A stretch of 64,000 nucleotides of DNA, taken from NCBI GenBank assembly GCA_002329465.1, contig DCTW01000005.1, positions 4,131 to 68,130 on the forward strand, in the 5' to 3' direction. The position numbers were made by a program, and so were the translations under genes. Origin of the DNA: Candidatus Woesebacteria bacterium UBA1430. GTDB lineage: Bacteria > Patescibacteriota > Microgenomatia > UBA8517. Position 1 is the stretch's first letter, and every line of letters starts with the position of its first letter. The notes beneath the pieces are model-generated. The model made no database searches, was not told the origin of the DNA, and was given only the letters and a program-made list of their open reading frames with translations. This document shows, in pieces, positions 19,044-27,477 of the stretch.

Positions 19044-20997
19044 CAAGGTAAAAAATTTCCCAAAAATTAGTTTTGGAAAAATTGTTCTTTCATCTTTAAA
19101 AGAATTTGTATCAATATTTTTTTTTAACATCGTTTTGATCGTTTATCTTTTGGAAATTTTTTTCGTATGGATATCTAAAAGAAAATTTTTTCCCAAAATA
19201 ATTTCGAGAAAAATTAGTCCACCGGTTCGCAAAGTTACTAATAAAATATACTCTCTATCTAAAAGATCCGAAGGCAGTATAAATACAATTAGTTTGATCA
19301 ATCTTGCCTTAAGAAGCATGAGAACCAAAAGATCCAGGACTTTTGTTACAATCGGTGGAATGTCCGTAGGTATCGGTGCGATAGTTTTTCTTGTATCGAT
19401 AGGTTATGGCCTTCAAAGGGTAGTGGTTAGCCGCGTTGCGAGACTCGAAGAGCTTAAACAGTATGAGGTAAGCACCCAAATCGGTTCGCAGGTTAAAATT
19501 ACAGATTCGTCAATGGCTGATATCTCAAACATAGACGGTGTAGTAGAAACTCTGCCGCTTATTGCAGTAGTAGGAAGGGTAAACTACCAAAACTCTGTTA
19601 CGGACCTTGCAGTATATGGAGTAACTTCAAAATTTCTAGTTCACTCTGCTATAAAACCCATTAAAGGCGACACCTTCCGGACAGAAGAAGTTGTCGTTAC
19701 TAAAAATATTCAAGAAGAAGTTTCAGGTGTTTCAGACACGAGGATTGATCAAAATATTGGAGATGAAATCGGAAAAGTGCATTTTTTAATACCCGAGGGT
19801 GAGCAGATAAAAGTAAGAAGCGAACCGTCAAAATCATCGTCACTAGTTGGCTATGCCAAAGGCACGGGTAATGCTCTTTTGGGCACTGAAGTATGGGGAA
19901 GTTATTATGATTCTGCTAACCCCGAAGACCAAGCAGAAAACACAAACGGGCAAAAAATGAGCAAATGGATAAAAGCAAGCCTGCAGGTCTGGGAAAAAGA
20001 AGGAAACGGCTTTACTGTAAAGGGGTTTATTTCAAAAGAGCAAATTAGGGTGTCAGGTGTTTTAGGCACTACAGATGAAATCGATGTTTCGGAGTTGGCA
20101 GAACTTATCGAATCAACAGGCTCGGCAGAAATCGAACTTCTCGAACTTGCTTCCGAATCGGCAGGGCTAAAGAATAATGAAATAAAAAAAGTTGATCTTG
20201 CTGAAAATACGCTTAAAGAAGCGGTTGTCAACAGATCCTTCTTAACTCTTTTAGGTATTGAAGAATCTCAAGCAGTAGGAAAAACTTTTGATATATCTTT
20301 TGTGATAGTCGGAGACCTTTTGTCAAATACGGAGGAAAAAATAGAGTCCATACCGGCTTCTTACAAAATAATCGGAGTTATCCCGGATGAAGATTCTGCC
20401 TATATCTACGTTCCTTTTTCAGATCTTAAAAGCCTTGGTATTAAAAATTATACACAACTTAAATTAGTAGTCGAAGACGATAAAAAACTTGAGCATGCCC
20501 GTAGGCAAGTAGAAGCTATGGGTTTTACAACATCCTCTGTAATAGATACGGTAAATCAAATAGATCAGCTGTTTGCCACCCTAAGATTTGCCCTTGCTTC
20601 GGTTGGAATGATAGCGCTGGCAGTTGCCGCCCTTGGTATGTTCAATACAATGACGGTATCTCTACTTGAAAGAACAAGGGAAGTAGGATTAATGAAAGCA
20701 ATGGGAATGAGATCCGGCGAGGTAAAAGATCTTTTTTTGACCGAGTCAATGACAATGGGCTTTCTGGGAGGTCTTTTTGGATTGGGCATAGGCTTTATTG
20801 CTGGAAAATTAGTAAGCGTACTTATATCCATATTGGCATTAAGTAAAGGCTTAGGCTTTATAGATATAAGCTATATTCCACCTATGTTTATACTAGTAAT
20901 AATTATTATGTCCACTCTCGTCGGTCTTTTTACAGGTATTTATCCTGCCCGCCGTGCCAAAAACATCTCTGCACTCAACGCATTGCGCTACGAATAA
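19027..20997 (+). CDS. ABC transporter permease (MacB/FtsX-like) with a large extracytoplasmic domain.
   Basis: The N-terminal transmembrane segment is 'FVTIGGMSVGIGAIVFLVSIGYG'. The C-terminal FtsX-type four-helix bundle is 'LKAMGMRSGEVKDLF…'. The track start at 19003 overlaps the ATPase gene, so I used the ATG at 19027. Confidence 0.75.
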   Translation: MKKAFDKVKNFPKISFGKIVLSSLKEFVSIFFFNIVLIVYLLEIFFVWISKRKFFPKIISRKISPPVRKVTNKIYSLSKRSEGSINTISLINLALRSMRTKRSRTFVTIGGMSVGIGAIVFLVSIGYGLQRVVVSRVARLEELKQYEVSTQIGSQVKITDSSMADISNIDGVVETLPLIAVVGRVNYQNSVTDLAVYGVTSKFLVHSAIKPIKGDTFRTEEVVVTKNIQEEVSGVSDTRIDQNIGDEIGKVHFLIPEGEQIKVRSEPSKSSSLVGYAKGTGNALLGTEVWGSYYDSANPEDQAENTNGQKMSKWIKASLQVWEKEGNGFTVKGFISKEQIRVSGVLGTTDEIDVSELAELIESTGSAEIELLELASESAGLKNNEIKKVDLAENTLKEAVVNRSFLTLLGIEESQAVGKTFDISFVIVGDLLSNTEEKIESIPASYKIIGVIPDEDSAYIYVPFSDLKSLGIKNYTQLKLVVEDDKKLEHARRQVEAMGFTTSSVIDTVNQIDQLFATLRFALASVGMIALAVAALGMFNTMTVSLLERTREVGLMKAMGMRSGEVKDLFLTESMTMGFLGGLFGLGIGFIAGKLVSVLISILALSKGLGFIDISYIPPMFILVIIIMSTLVGLFTGIYPARRAKNISALNALRYE

Positions 20998-21039
20998 TAT
21001 TGCTCCTTAAAGCAAGTAGAATGATATAATACGAATTAT

Positions 21040-21939
21040 ATGAAAAAGATTTTACCCTTACTATTAATAGTATATTTTTTTGTCTTTTCCGAGAAATCTG
21101 TTTGTGCTCAAATAAAGACGGAAGTCCCAAGCCCTACCGCGACTTTCGAGTCTGAACCAACAGCCTCGCCGGATCCGACTCCGGAGCCAACCCCAAGGGT
21201 TGACATTACCCAAAAAAGCGAAGAATCAATAGGCCCTCTCGAAAAGCTTTTAAACGATCAGGTGTTAGGGCCTGTTTTTCCCGCAAACCCACTTAAATAT
21301 GCAATTCGTGCTTCAGTCAAAGCGGGAGTGCCGCCTAACACTATAGTACTTCTAATTCTCTTGCCGTTAATAGCCGCAGTTATAGCAGCGGCACGCCACA
21401 TAATAGGCTTAAGAGGATTTGGTATTTTTCTGCCGGCTGCTTTATCAATAGTATTTGTTGCGATAGGCCCTGTAGTCGGGCTTTTGTTGTTTTTAGTTAT
21501 AGTATCCGCCTCGACATTTTTTAGAATGCTTTTAAGAAAAATAAAAATCAAGCTTCAATATTTACCAAGGATGTCTTTGATTCTCTGGTTTGTTGTCTGC
21601 GGAGTTCTTTTGGTGTTGTTTCTCGCACCGCTTATCAAAATACCCGGGCTTACCAATGTTTCGATTTTCCCGGTTTTGCTTTTGGTTCTTCTTGCGGAAG
21701 ATTTTACCAAACTCCAGCTTGGAAAAAGCGCACGTACAGCGGTAAGCTTTATAACGGAAACAATTATTTTGTCTTTGATATCATATATGTTTCTTACCAT
21801 GCAGTCGCTTCAGCGTTATGCTTTGCTCAATCCGGAGATTACGCTTCTATCGGTTGCGGTTTTTGATCTCATATTAGGAAAATATACAGGCCTTCGCGTA
21901 TTGGAATACTGGAGATTCAGAAAACTAATTAAAGGCTAA
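21040..21939 (+). CDS. Signal peptide plus a seven-helix polytopic membrane protein.
   Basis: A cleavable-looking signal ('…FVFSEKSVCAQ') is followed by a Pro/Thr-rich linker and then seven hydrophobic helices. The gene sits directly upstream of the ATP-grasp genes. Confidence 0.55.
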   Translation: MKKILPLLLIVYFFVFSEKSVCAQIKTEVPSPTATFESEPTASPDPTPEPTPRVDITQKSEESIGPLEKLLNDQVLGPVFPANPLKYAIRASVKAGVPPNTIVLLILLPLIAAVIAAARHIIGLRGFGIFLPAALSIVFVAIGPVVGLLLFLVIVSASTFFRMLLRKIKIKLQYLPRMSLILWFVVCGVLLVLFLAPLIKIPGLTNVSIFPVLLLVLLAEDFTKLQLGKSARTAVSFITETIILSLISYMFLTMQSLQRYALLNPEITLLSVAVFDLILGKYTGLRVLEYWRFRKLIKG

Positions 21940-21943
21940 ATCT

Positions 21944-23269
21944 ATGAAAGCTCAAAACATCTTGGGTCTTAACGCAAGAACTCAACTTTTTTCATATCAA
22001 TACAATAAACCAAAGTCAAAACGCATTGCCTCATCAAAACTGTTAACTGAAAAGGTGCTTAAAAAGGCCGGTATTCCAACTCCGCTAATATATAAAAAAT
22101 TTATAAAGCCGAAAGATATTCTTAATTTTGACTGGAACGGCCTGCCTGAAGCTTTCGTAGTTAAACCAAGCAGGGGACTGGGAGGAAATGGGATCATAGT
22201 CATTAAAAAAAGATCTAAAGACAAAACAGGTTGGATCACAACAAGTAGGAAAAAATTACTCGAAGAAGATTTAAAACTCCATGTTTTAGATATTTTAGAA
22301 GGCGCTTTTAGCATGCACAACTCACCGGACGCAGCCTTTATTCAGGAATACGTACCTCGCCATAAAGCTTTTAGAAAGTACGCATATCGCGGCACGCCTG
22401 ATATAAGAATTATTGTTTTTAACAAAGTGCCGGTAATGGCGATGATGCGTCTTCCCACAAAAGATTCCGGCGGCCGAGCAAATCTCCATCAGGGCGCAAT
22501 AGGTGTGGGAGTTGATATAGCAACAGGTATAACAACAAAGTCTATTTGGTATGGCAATCAGATCCGCTATAAACCGGGCACAAAAAGAAAGCTTCATGGT
22601 ATTAAAATCCCTCACTGGACGGATATATTAAAAATTGCGGTCTTGAGCCAAGAAGCATCAGGGCTTGGACTTTTAGGGGTTGATATTGTTCTTCATCCTA
22701 CCAAAGGGCCAATGGTTCTCGAGTTAAACTATCAGCCGGGTACGCAGATACAGCTTGCAAACATGGCAGGTCTTAGAAAAAGGCTTGAGAGAGTTGAAGA
22801 TCTTAAAGTAAGAGATGCAGAGCATGGTGTTAAAATTGCAAAAGCACTTTTTATGTCTGACTTCTCAGATAGAGTAAAAGCAGATGAAGGGGTAAAAACA
22901 ATTTCGTCATTAGAAGAGATAAAAATAAAAGGCGCTCAAAAAGGGCTCAGAAAAAAGGTTTACGCAAAAGTCGATACGGGTGCCTGGAGAACGTCAATTA
23001 GTAAAAAATTAGCCGAAGAATTAGGACTTCTTAATCAGAATAACATCCTTTGGACTAAAGAATTCAAAAGTTCTCTTGGTAAAGAAGAAAGGCCCGTTAT
23101 AAGCCTTACATTTTGGCTTGCGGGTAGAAAAATCACAACTCCAGCTTCAGTCGCGAAAAGAATGACACTTAAATATCCAATAATAATAGGAAGAAAAAAT
23201 CTTAAAGGTTTCTTGGTAGATCCGCACATTCCCATAGATAAAGTAAAGGAGGCAAGAGAAAAAAAATGA
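21944..23269 (+). CDS. RimK-like ATP-grasp ligase fused to a C-terminal retropepsin-like (clan AA) aspartic protease domain.
   Basis: The ATP-grasp core carries 'VVKPSRGLGGNGIIVI' and 'ELNYQPG'. The C-terminal domain carries the active-site motif 'AKVDTGAWRTS' (D-T-G-A) and 'PIIIGRKNL'. Confidence 0.7.
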   Translation: MKAQNILGLNARTQLFSYQYNKPKSKRIASSKLLTEKVLKKAGIPTPLIYKKFIKPKDILNFDWNGLPEAFVVKPSRGLGGNGIIVIKKRSKDKTGWITTSRKKLLEEDLKLHVLDILEGAFSMHNSPDAAFIQEYVPRHKAFRKYAYRGTPDIRIIVFNKVPVMAMMRLPTKDSGGRANLHQGAIGVGVDIATGITTKSIWYGNQIRYKPGTKRKLHGIKIPHWTDILKIAVLSQEASGLGLLGVDIVLHPTKGPMVLELNYQPGTQIQLANMAGLRKRLERVEDLKVRDAEHGVKIAKALFMSDFSDRVKADEGVKTISSLEEIKIKGAQKGLRKKVYAKVDTGAWRTSISKKLAEELGLLNQNNILWTKEFKSSLGKEERPVISLTFWLAGRKITTPASVAKRMTLKYPIIIGRKNLKGFLVDPHIPIDKVKEAREKK

Positions 23270-24138
23270 AAGTAGCTTTAGTTACCACACTTCCTTCACT
23301 TATTGAAAATAGCCGCATTAAAGAAGAAATAAAAGCCCTAAACTACAGCTTCACACTAATAGATTTAAGCAATTTTTCCTTCAGCGTAGTTGGAGGAAAT
23401 TTAAGCGTAAAAGGCCTTACGGATCAAGAATTCGATATAATAATTTCAAGAGGAATATTTAGCTCAATAAAACCAATTATAGCCGTTCTTCAGGGATTAA
23501 GAAAAAAGGGAATTAAAATATTTGACAACAATTTTCTTCACGATCAATACCTTATAAACAAAACTTCCGATTTGGCAAAGCTGGCTTTAAATAATATCCC
23601 GGTTCCAAACACCGCTCAATCAAGAAATTTTTCCGACTACAAAAATTTATCAAGTAATTTAGGCTTCCCGTTGGTAATCAAATCTACACGCATGGGAAAA
23701 GGAGCAAATGTGTTCAAAATTTCTAATTTAAATGGTCTTTATAGATTTATCGAAGATGAAGAAAATCGAGGTCGTGAAGCTAAAAACTTTATTCTCCAAG
23801 AATTTATTCCTTATAAATACGACCTTCGTGTCTTAATTATCGGAGACAGGGTTTTTACGATGAGAAGAATACCGGCAAAAGGTGAGTTCAGAGCAAATTT
23901 TTCTTTAGGTGGGCATGTCGAAAAATTTGATTTGGATGAAGATGGCCTAAATTTGGCAAAATCTGCCCTTAAGGCAGTTGGTCTCGAAATTGGCGGAGTA
24001 GATTTGCTCATAACTAAAGACAACAAAAAATATGTTCTAGAAGTAAACCATACGGCTGGGTTTGTAGGCATGGAAAAAGCATATAATGAAAATATCGGAA
24101 AAGTATTTGTTGAATACGCCATAGCAAACGCAAGATGA
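23266..24138 (+). CDS. RimK/LysX-like ATP-grasp ligase.
   Basis: The motifs 'PLVIKSTRMGKGANV', 'QEFIPYKYDLRVLIIGDRV' and 'LEVNHTAGF' are present. The gene is translationally coupled to its neighbours. Confidence 0.75.
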   Translation: MKVALVTTLPSLIENSRIKEEIKALNYSFTLIDLSNFSFSVVGGNLSVKGLTDQEFDIIISRGIFSSIKPIIAVLQGLRKKGIKIFDNNFLHDQYLINKTSDLAKLALNNIPVPNTAQSRNFSDYKNLSSNLGFPLVIKSTRMGKGANVFKISNLNGLYRFIEDEENRGREAKNFILQEFIPYKYDLRVLIIGDRVFTMRRIPAKGEFRANFSLGGHVEKFDLDEDGLNLAKSALKAVGLEIGGVDLLITKDNKKYVLEVNHTAGFVGMEKAYNENIGKVFVEYAIANAR

Positions 24139-25037
24139 AAATTTTAATAGTTGGTTTAGTCAAAAATAGCCAGATCGTTCGCCTTCAAGAAGAAGGAGAA
24201 AAACGAGGCCACAAAGTAGAAGGCTGCTACACAAACGAGCTTGTAATAGAAACTGGGTCAGATTTTTTTAACCCGACGCTTAGAGGAAAATCCCTGAAGA
24301 ATTATGATCTAATTTACCTCTGGTCAGCAGGAAAACGCAGATGGGAATGGTACACAGCCTGTCTTTATCTTTGGGAAAAATTTGGAAGCATAATAATTAA
24401 CAAAAAGTGCATCTCCCCCGAGTACAATTTTTACTTAACTCCTGCAATTGATTACTATCTTCAGGTAAAAAATAAACTTCCATTTCCACGCTCCGCAATA
24501 ATATTTTCAACCAAATCAATTGACTCGGTTATCAAGGACTTTAACTTCCCGCTTATTCTTAAAACCTCAGGAGGAAGGCAGGGCAAGGGAGTATTCAAAA
24601 TAGAAGATAAAGATGCCCTAAAAAATAAAAGCGATGAGCTTTTCAAAGTTTCACCGAGCCTGGTTATAAGAGAGTTTATTCCAAACGACGGAGATATTAG
24701 AATTTTTACCGTCGGCTACAAGACAATTGCGGCAATGAAACGAATCCCCACACAAAAAGGCGAATTTAGAAGCAACATAAGTCAAGGAGGTAGGGGTGAA
24801 AATTTTAACCTCGATGATTATCCTAAAATTCGCGATATTGCCGAAAAAGCAAGTAAAATTATGGAAACAGAAATAGCGGGTGTGGACATTATAATTGATA
24901 AAAAGACACGCATGCCGTATATTTTGGAAATTAATCCCGGCCCGCAATTTACAGGGCTTGAAAAGTACACCAAGGTAAACGCCGCTAAAAAAATAATAGA
25001 ATATTTCGAAGAAGTTAAACATGCTATAATTCCATAA
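24135..25037 (+). CDS. RimK-like ATP-grasp ligase (third paralog).
   Basis: The motifs 'PLILKTSGGRQGKGVF', 'REFIPNDGDIRIFTVG' and 'LEINPGP' are present. Confidence 0.7.
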   Translation: MKILIVGLVKNSQIVRLQEEGEKRGHKVEGCYTNELVIETGSDFFNPTLRGKSLKNYDLIYLWSAGKRRWEWYTACLYLWEKFGSIIINKKCISPEYNFYLTPAIDYYLQVKNKLPFPRSAIIFSTKSIDSVIKDFNFPLILKTSGGRQGKGVFKIEDKDALKNKSDELFKVSPSLVIREFIPNDGDIRIFTVGYKTIAAMKRIPTQKGEFRSNISQGGRGENFNLDDYPKIRDIAEKASKIMETEIAGVDIIIDKKTRMPYILEINPGPQFTGLEKYTKVNAAKKIIEYFEEVKHAIIP

Positions 25038-25038
25038 A

Positions 25039-25518
25039 ATGTGCATAGAAGCAGGGGAAAACTGCCTGCTCAAAAGCTTTTGTGATTTTTTGGATTTTAA
25101 CCAACTATCAGAACTTCTTGTTGAGAGGATTATTCTGATACACGAAAACACAATACCTTCCTCGGATATATTTCCTCAGTGCCAAGGTGATTTATACCTT
25201 CGTCTTAAAGAGTTGATAAATGAAACTTTTAAAAACACTGATATTATAAAAAAATGTCACGATTTGATAAATGAAAGTGGGATAACCGGAAATGCTGATA
25301 GGGAACTTTTATGTATGGATATCTTTGGAAAAGACAATAATCTTAATAACCCCTCACAAATATATCTTGCCACCCTTTTTATTTCTTCACCCTTTCTTAA
25401 TCCTACCGAATTTGGGCAACATCTAATTGAAGGGCCAAAACAAATTTTGGGATACACCTATCAATTGTCCGCAAAAGACATTAAAACAGTATTTTCGGAA
25501 TTAAATGAATTACTTTAA
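25039..25518 (+). CDS. Hypothetical protein that starts one nucleotide after the stop of the third ATP-grasp gene.
   Basis: A 159-aa ORF with no recognised domain. Confidence 0.4.
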   Translation: MCIEAGENCLLKSFCDFLDFNQLSELLVERIILIHENTIPSSDIFPQCQGDLYLRLKELINETFKNTDIIKKCHDLINESGITGNADRELLCMDIFGKDNNLNNPSQIYLATLFISSPFLNPTEFGQHLIEGPKQILGYTYQLSAKDIKTVFSELNELL

Positions 25519-25539
25519 AAGCCTTTAGCTAAAAAAATT

Positions 25540-25974
25540 TTACTTAAGCTCTACGCTTGCGCCTGCCGCTTTAAGCTTTTCGGCCGCCTCTTTTGCCTCC
25601 TCGGCCTTGGCGTCTTTTAGAATCTCGGCGGGGACAGCCTCTGTCATATCTTTAGCTTCCTTAAGACCAAGATTTTGATTGATCTCACGGATTGCTTTTA
25701 TGACAGCTATTTTATTTGCACCGGAATCGGTAAGAACAACTGTTTTATTTCCGCCTTCATCAGCCGCAGAATCAGCCGAAGCATCACCGGCGGAAGCCGC
25801 AGGAGCTGCAGCCGGAGCAGCCATAGCAATAGGTGAAACACCGAGTTTGTCCTGCAATTCATTAACAAGATCAGATAGCTCAAGCACGGAAAGCTTGCTA
25901 ATTTCATCGACAATTTTTCCAACCTTCACGCTTACTTTTTTGTTGTCTTTATCTTCTGCTGCCATAATTTTCAC
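25540..25974 (-). CDS. rplL: Ribosomal protein L7/L12.
   Basis: An Ala-rich hinge is followed by the C-terminal 'KEAKDMTEAVP…LKAAGASVELK'. Confidence 0.9.
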   Translation of the reverse strand: MKIMAAEDKDNKKVSVKVGKIVDEISKLSVLELSDLVNELQDKLGVSPIAMAAPAAAPAASAGDASADSAADEGGNKTVVLTDSGANKIAVIKAIREINQNLGLKEAKDMTEAVPAEILKDAKAEEAKEAAEKLKAAGASVELK

Positions 25975-26501
25975 CCCCTTGCCTCAGTTAAAATCAAAAC
26001 AAGTTTTTGCATGTTTGCATTTAAAATTCCTGTTATTCCATACAAAGGTGAAGACACTGCTCCGACAACTCTTGCCAAAAGCTCGTCTTTTCCGGGAAGC
26101 TTTGAAATTCTTATCAATCCCTCTTTATCTTGAAAAACACCTTCAATAACCCCGGCTTTAAAATCCGTAATTTCTGCTTCAAGCTGGAACTTACCAAGTA
26201 TCTGAATGGGGGAAACAGGGTCATCATTCGAAAAAACCAAAGCGGTTTGGTTGGTTAAAGCATTTTCATTATCTGAGATTTCCTTGAATCCGGCATTAAT
26301 AGCAGCAATCTTAAGAAGCGTATTTTTTGCAACAAGCATATTTGCTCCTTGTTCCTTTAGCCTTTTTTTAAGCTCCTGCTGAGACTTTACGTCAAGGCGG
26401 CTATAATCTATTAAAGCAAAGCCCTTAGCAGACTTCATAATAGCCGAAAGCTCTTCTACCTTTTCCTTCTTTTCTGGTTTAATTTTGGTATCTGATTTCA
26501 T
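25971..26501 (-). CDS. rplJ: Ribosomal protein L10.
   Basis: The L10 N-terminal pattern 'EKKEKVEELSAIMKSAKGFALIDYSRL' is present. Confidence 0.9.
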   Translation of the reverse strand: MKSDTKIKPEKKEKVEELSAIMKSAKGFALIDYSRLDVKSQQELKKRLKEQGANMLVAKNTLLKIAAINAGFKEISDNENALTNQTALVFSNDDPVSPIQILGKFQLEAEITDFKAGVIEGVFQDKEGLIRISKLPGKDELLARVVGAVSSPLYGITGILNANMQKLVLILTEARG

Positions 26502-26504
26502 ATC

Positions 26505-26528
26505 AATAAAAAACGCGCCCGAAGCGCG
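26505..26528 (-). terminator. GC hairpin plus U-tract located in the short rplJ leader, directly 5' of the start codon. Likely an attenuator.
   Basis: On the minus strand the RNA reads 'cgcgc-uucgg-gcgcg' followed by 'uuuuuuauu', ending a few nucleotides before the rplJ AUG. Confidence 0.4.
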
Positions 26529-26581
26529 AATTTACTCCTCGGGGTGGCTTACTTATCTGCACCCTGTCTTCGGATAAAGTT

Positions 26582-26611
26582 ATTATATAGCTTACTGCTT
26601 CCAAAAGTCAA
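26582..26611 (-). promoter_or_regulatory. Sigma-70-like promoter for rplJ-rplL.
   Basis: On the minus strand: TTGACT, an 18-nt spacer, then TATAAT. Confidence 0.45.
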
Positions 26612-26629
26612 AATATGATAAATATTTTA

Positions 26630-26659
26630 TTGACTCAACTTATAATATTAAGTACTATA
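26630..26659 (+). promoter_or_regulatory. Promoter for the 26667 gene. It implies a leaderless or very short-leader mRNA.
   Basis: TTGACT, an 18-nt spacer, then TACTAT. The -10 element ends 7 nt before the ATG. Confidence 0.35.
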
Positions 26660-26666
26660 GGGAAAA

Positions 26667-27242
26667 ATGACCCAGATTGAAATTTCGATAGGTAAGCGCG
26701 ATTCTGTCCCCGCAACTCTTACAGACATAATAAACAGAAGATATCCCTTACTAACATTGGGAAATAGCGCTTCGTTATTAGAGGATTACCGCAACTGGAA
26801 AATTGATGGCTGTTGCATAAGAGTAGAGGATGTCTATTCTCCTTTCGGAAGAAATTTCCTTGACTATGCAATTTCCAGATGCCGCAAAGCAAAGAAAGGA
26901 GAACCTGCTTACTGTGAACATGGAATCAGGGAACACAATAATTTTTTTGAGGTTCTTAAGATTCTCCAAGCCAGAATTCGTAGCGGAGAATTCTTACTTC
27001 AAAGCCAGGACACGGGGAACAAAAAAGGACTTCCAGAACAAAGATTTATACTAACACCCAACAATTATTTTTCCGATAGAAATATCCCTTATGTTGTTTT
27101 TGAAGGGCTTTCAACAATTGCAAATATTGAAATGCAACAACTTGTATTACCAACACCTTCCGATAAAAGACGCTTTTTTGGCTTAATAACAACTAAAATA
27201 ATAACAGCTAAGCGATCAAATAGAGCTATACTCTTCTCTTAG
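26667..27242 (+). CDS. Hypothetical protein inserted in the ribosomal L1-L10 interval.
   Basis: A 191-aa ORF with no recognised motif, convergent with the two hypotheticals downstream of rplA. Confidence 0.45.
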   Translation: MTQIEISIGKRDSVPATLTDIINRRYPLLTLGNSASLLEDYRNWKIDGCCIRVEDVYSPFGRNFLDYAISRCRKAKKGEPAYCEHGIREHNNFFEVLKILQARIRSGEFLLQSQDTGNKKGLPEQRFILTPNNYFSDRNIPYVVFEGLSTIANIEMQQLVLPTPSDKRRFFGLITTKIITAKRSNRAILFS

Positions 27243-27477
27243 GTTTTTCTGGCAAAGGGAAATCTGGAATATGATTTGAATAGTTCTGAAGCGCCAGCGC
27301 GAATCCGGAATTTTTATTTGCCTCCTCGACCAATTTATTTATGATGGGATCAAAAAAATCAGATAAGTAGCGAGCCTCATCCGAATCATCTATGGGAACT
27401 AAATAGCAAAAAATTGACCCACCATCATTATAATCAACCTGCCCGATGTGAGAATTTCTATTATCGTCAAATGTCAT
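27226..27477 (-). CDS. Hypothetical small protein (83 aa).
   Basis: Its start overlaps the stop of the 180-aa gene ('ATGA'). Confidence 0.4.
   Translation of the reverse strand: MTFDDNRNSHIGQVDYNDGGSIFCYLVPIDDSDEARYLSDFFDPIINKLVEEANKNSGFALALQNYSNHIPDFPLPEKPKRRV

Noticed and set aside
25679-26149. 156-aa plus-strand ORF overlapping rplL/rplJ.
   Set aside because: It is antisense to two highly conserved ribosomal protein genes. The Ala/Ser-rich translation mirrors the L12 hinge.
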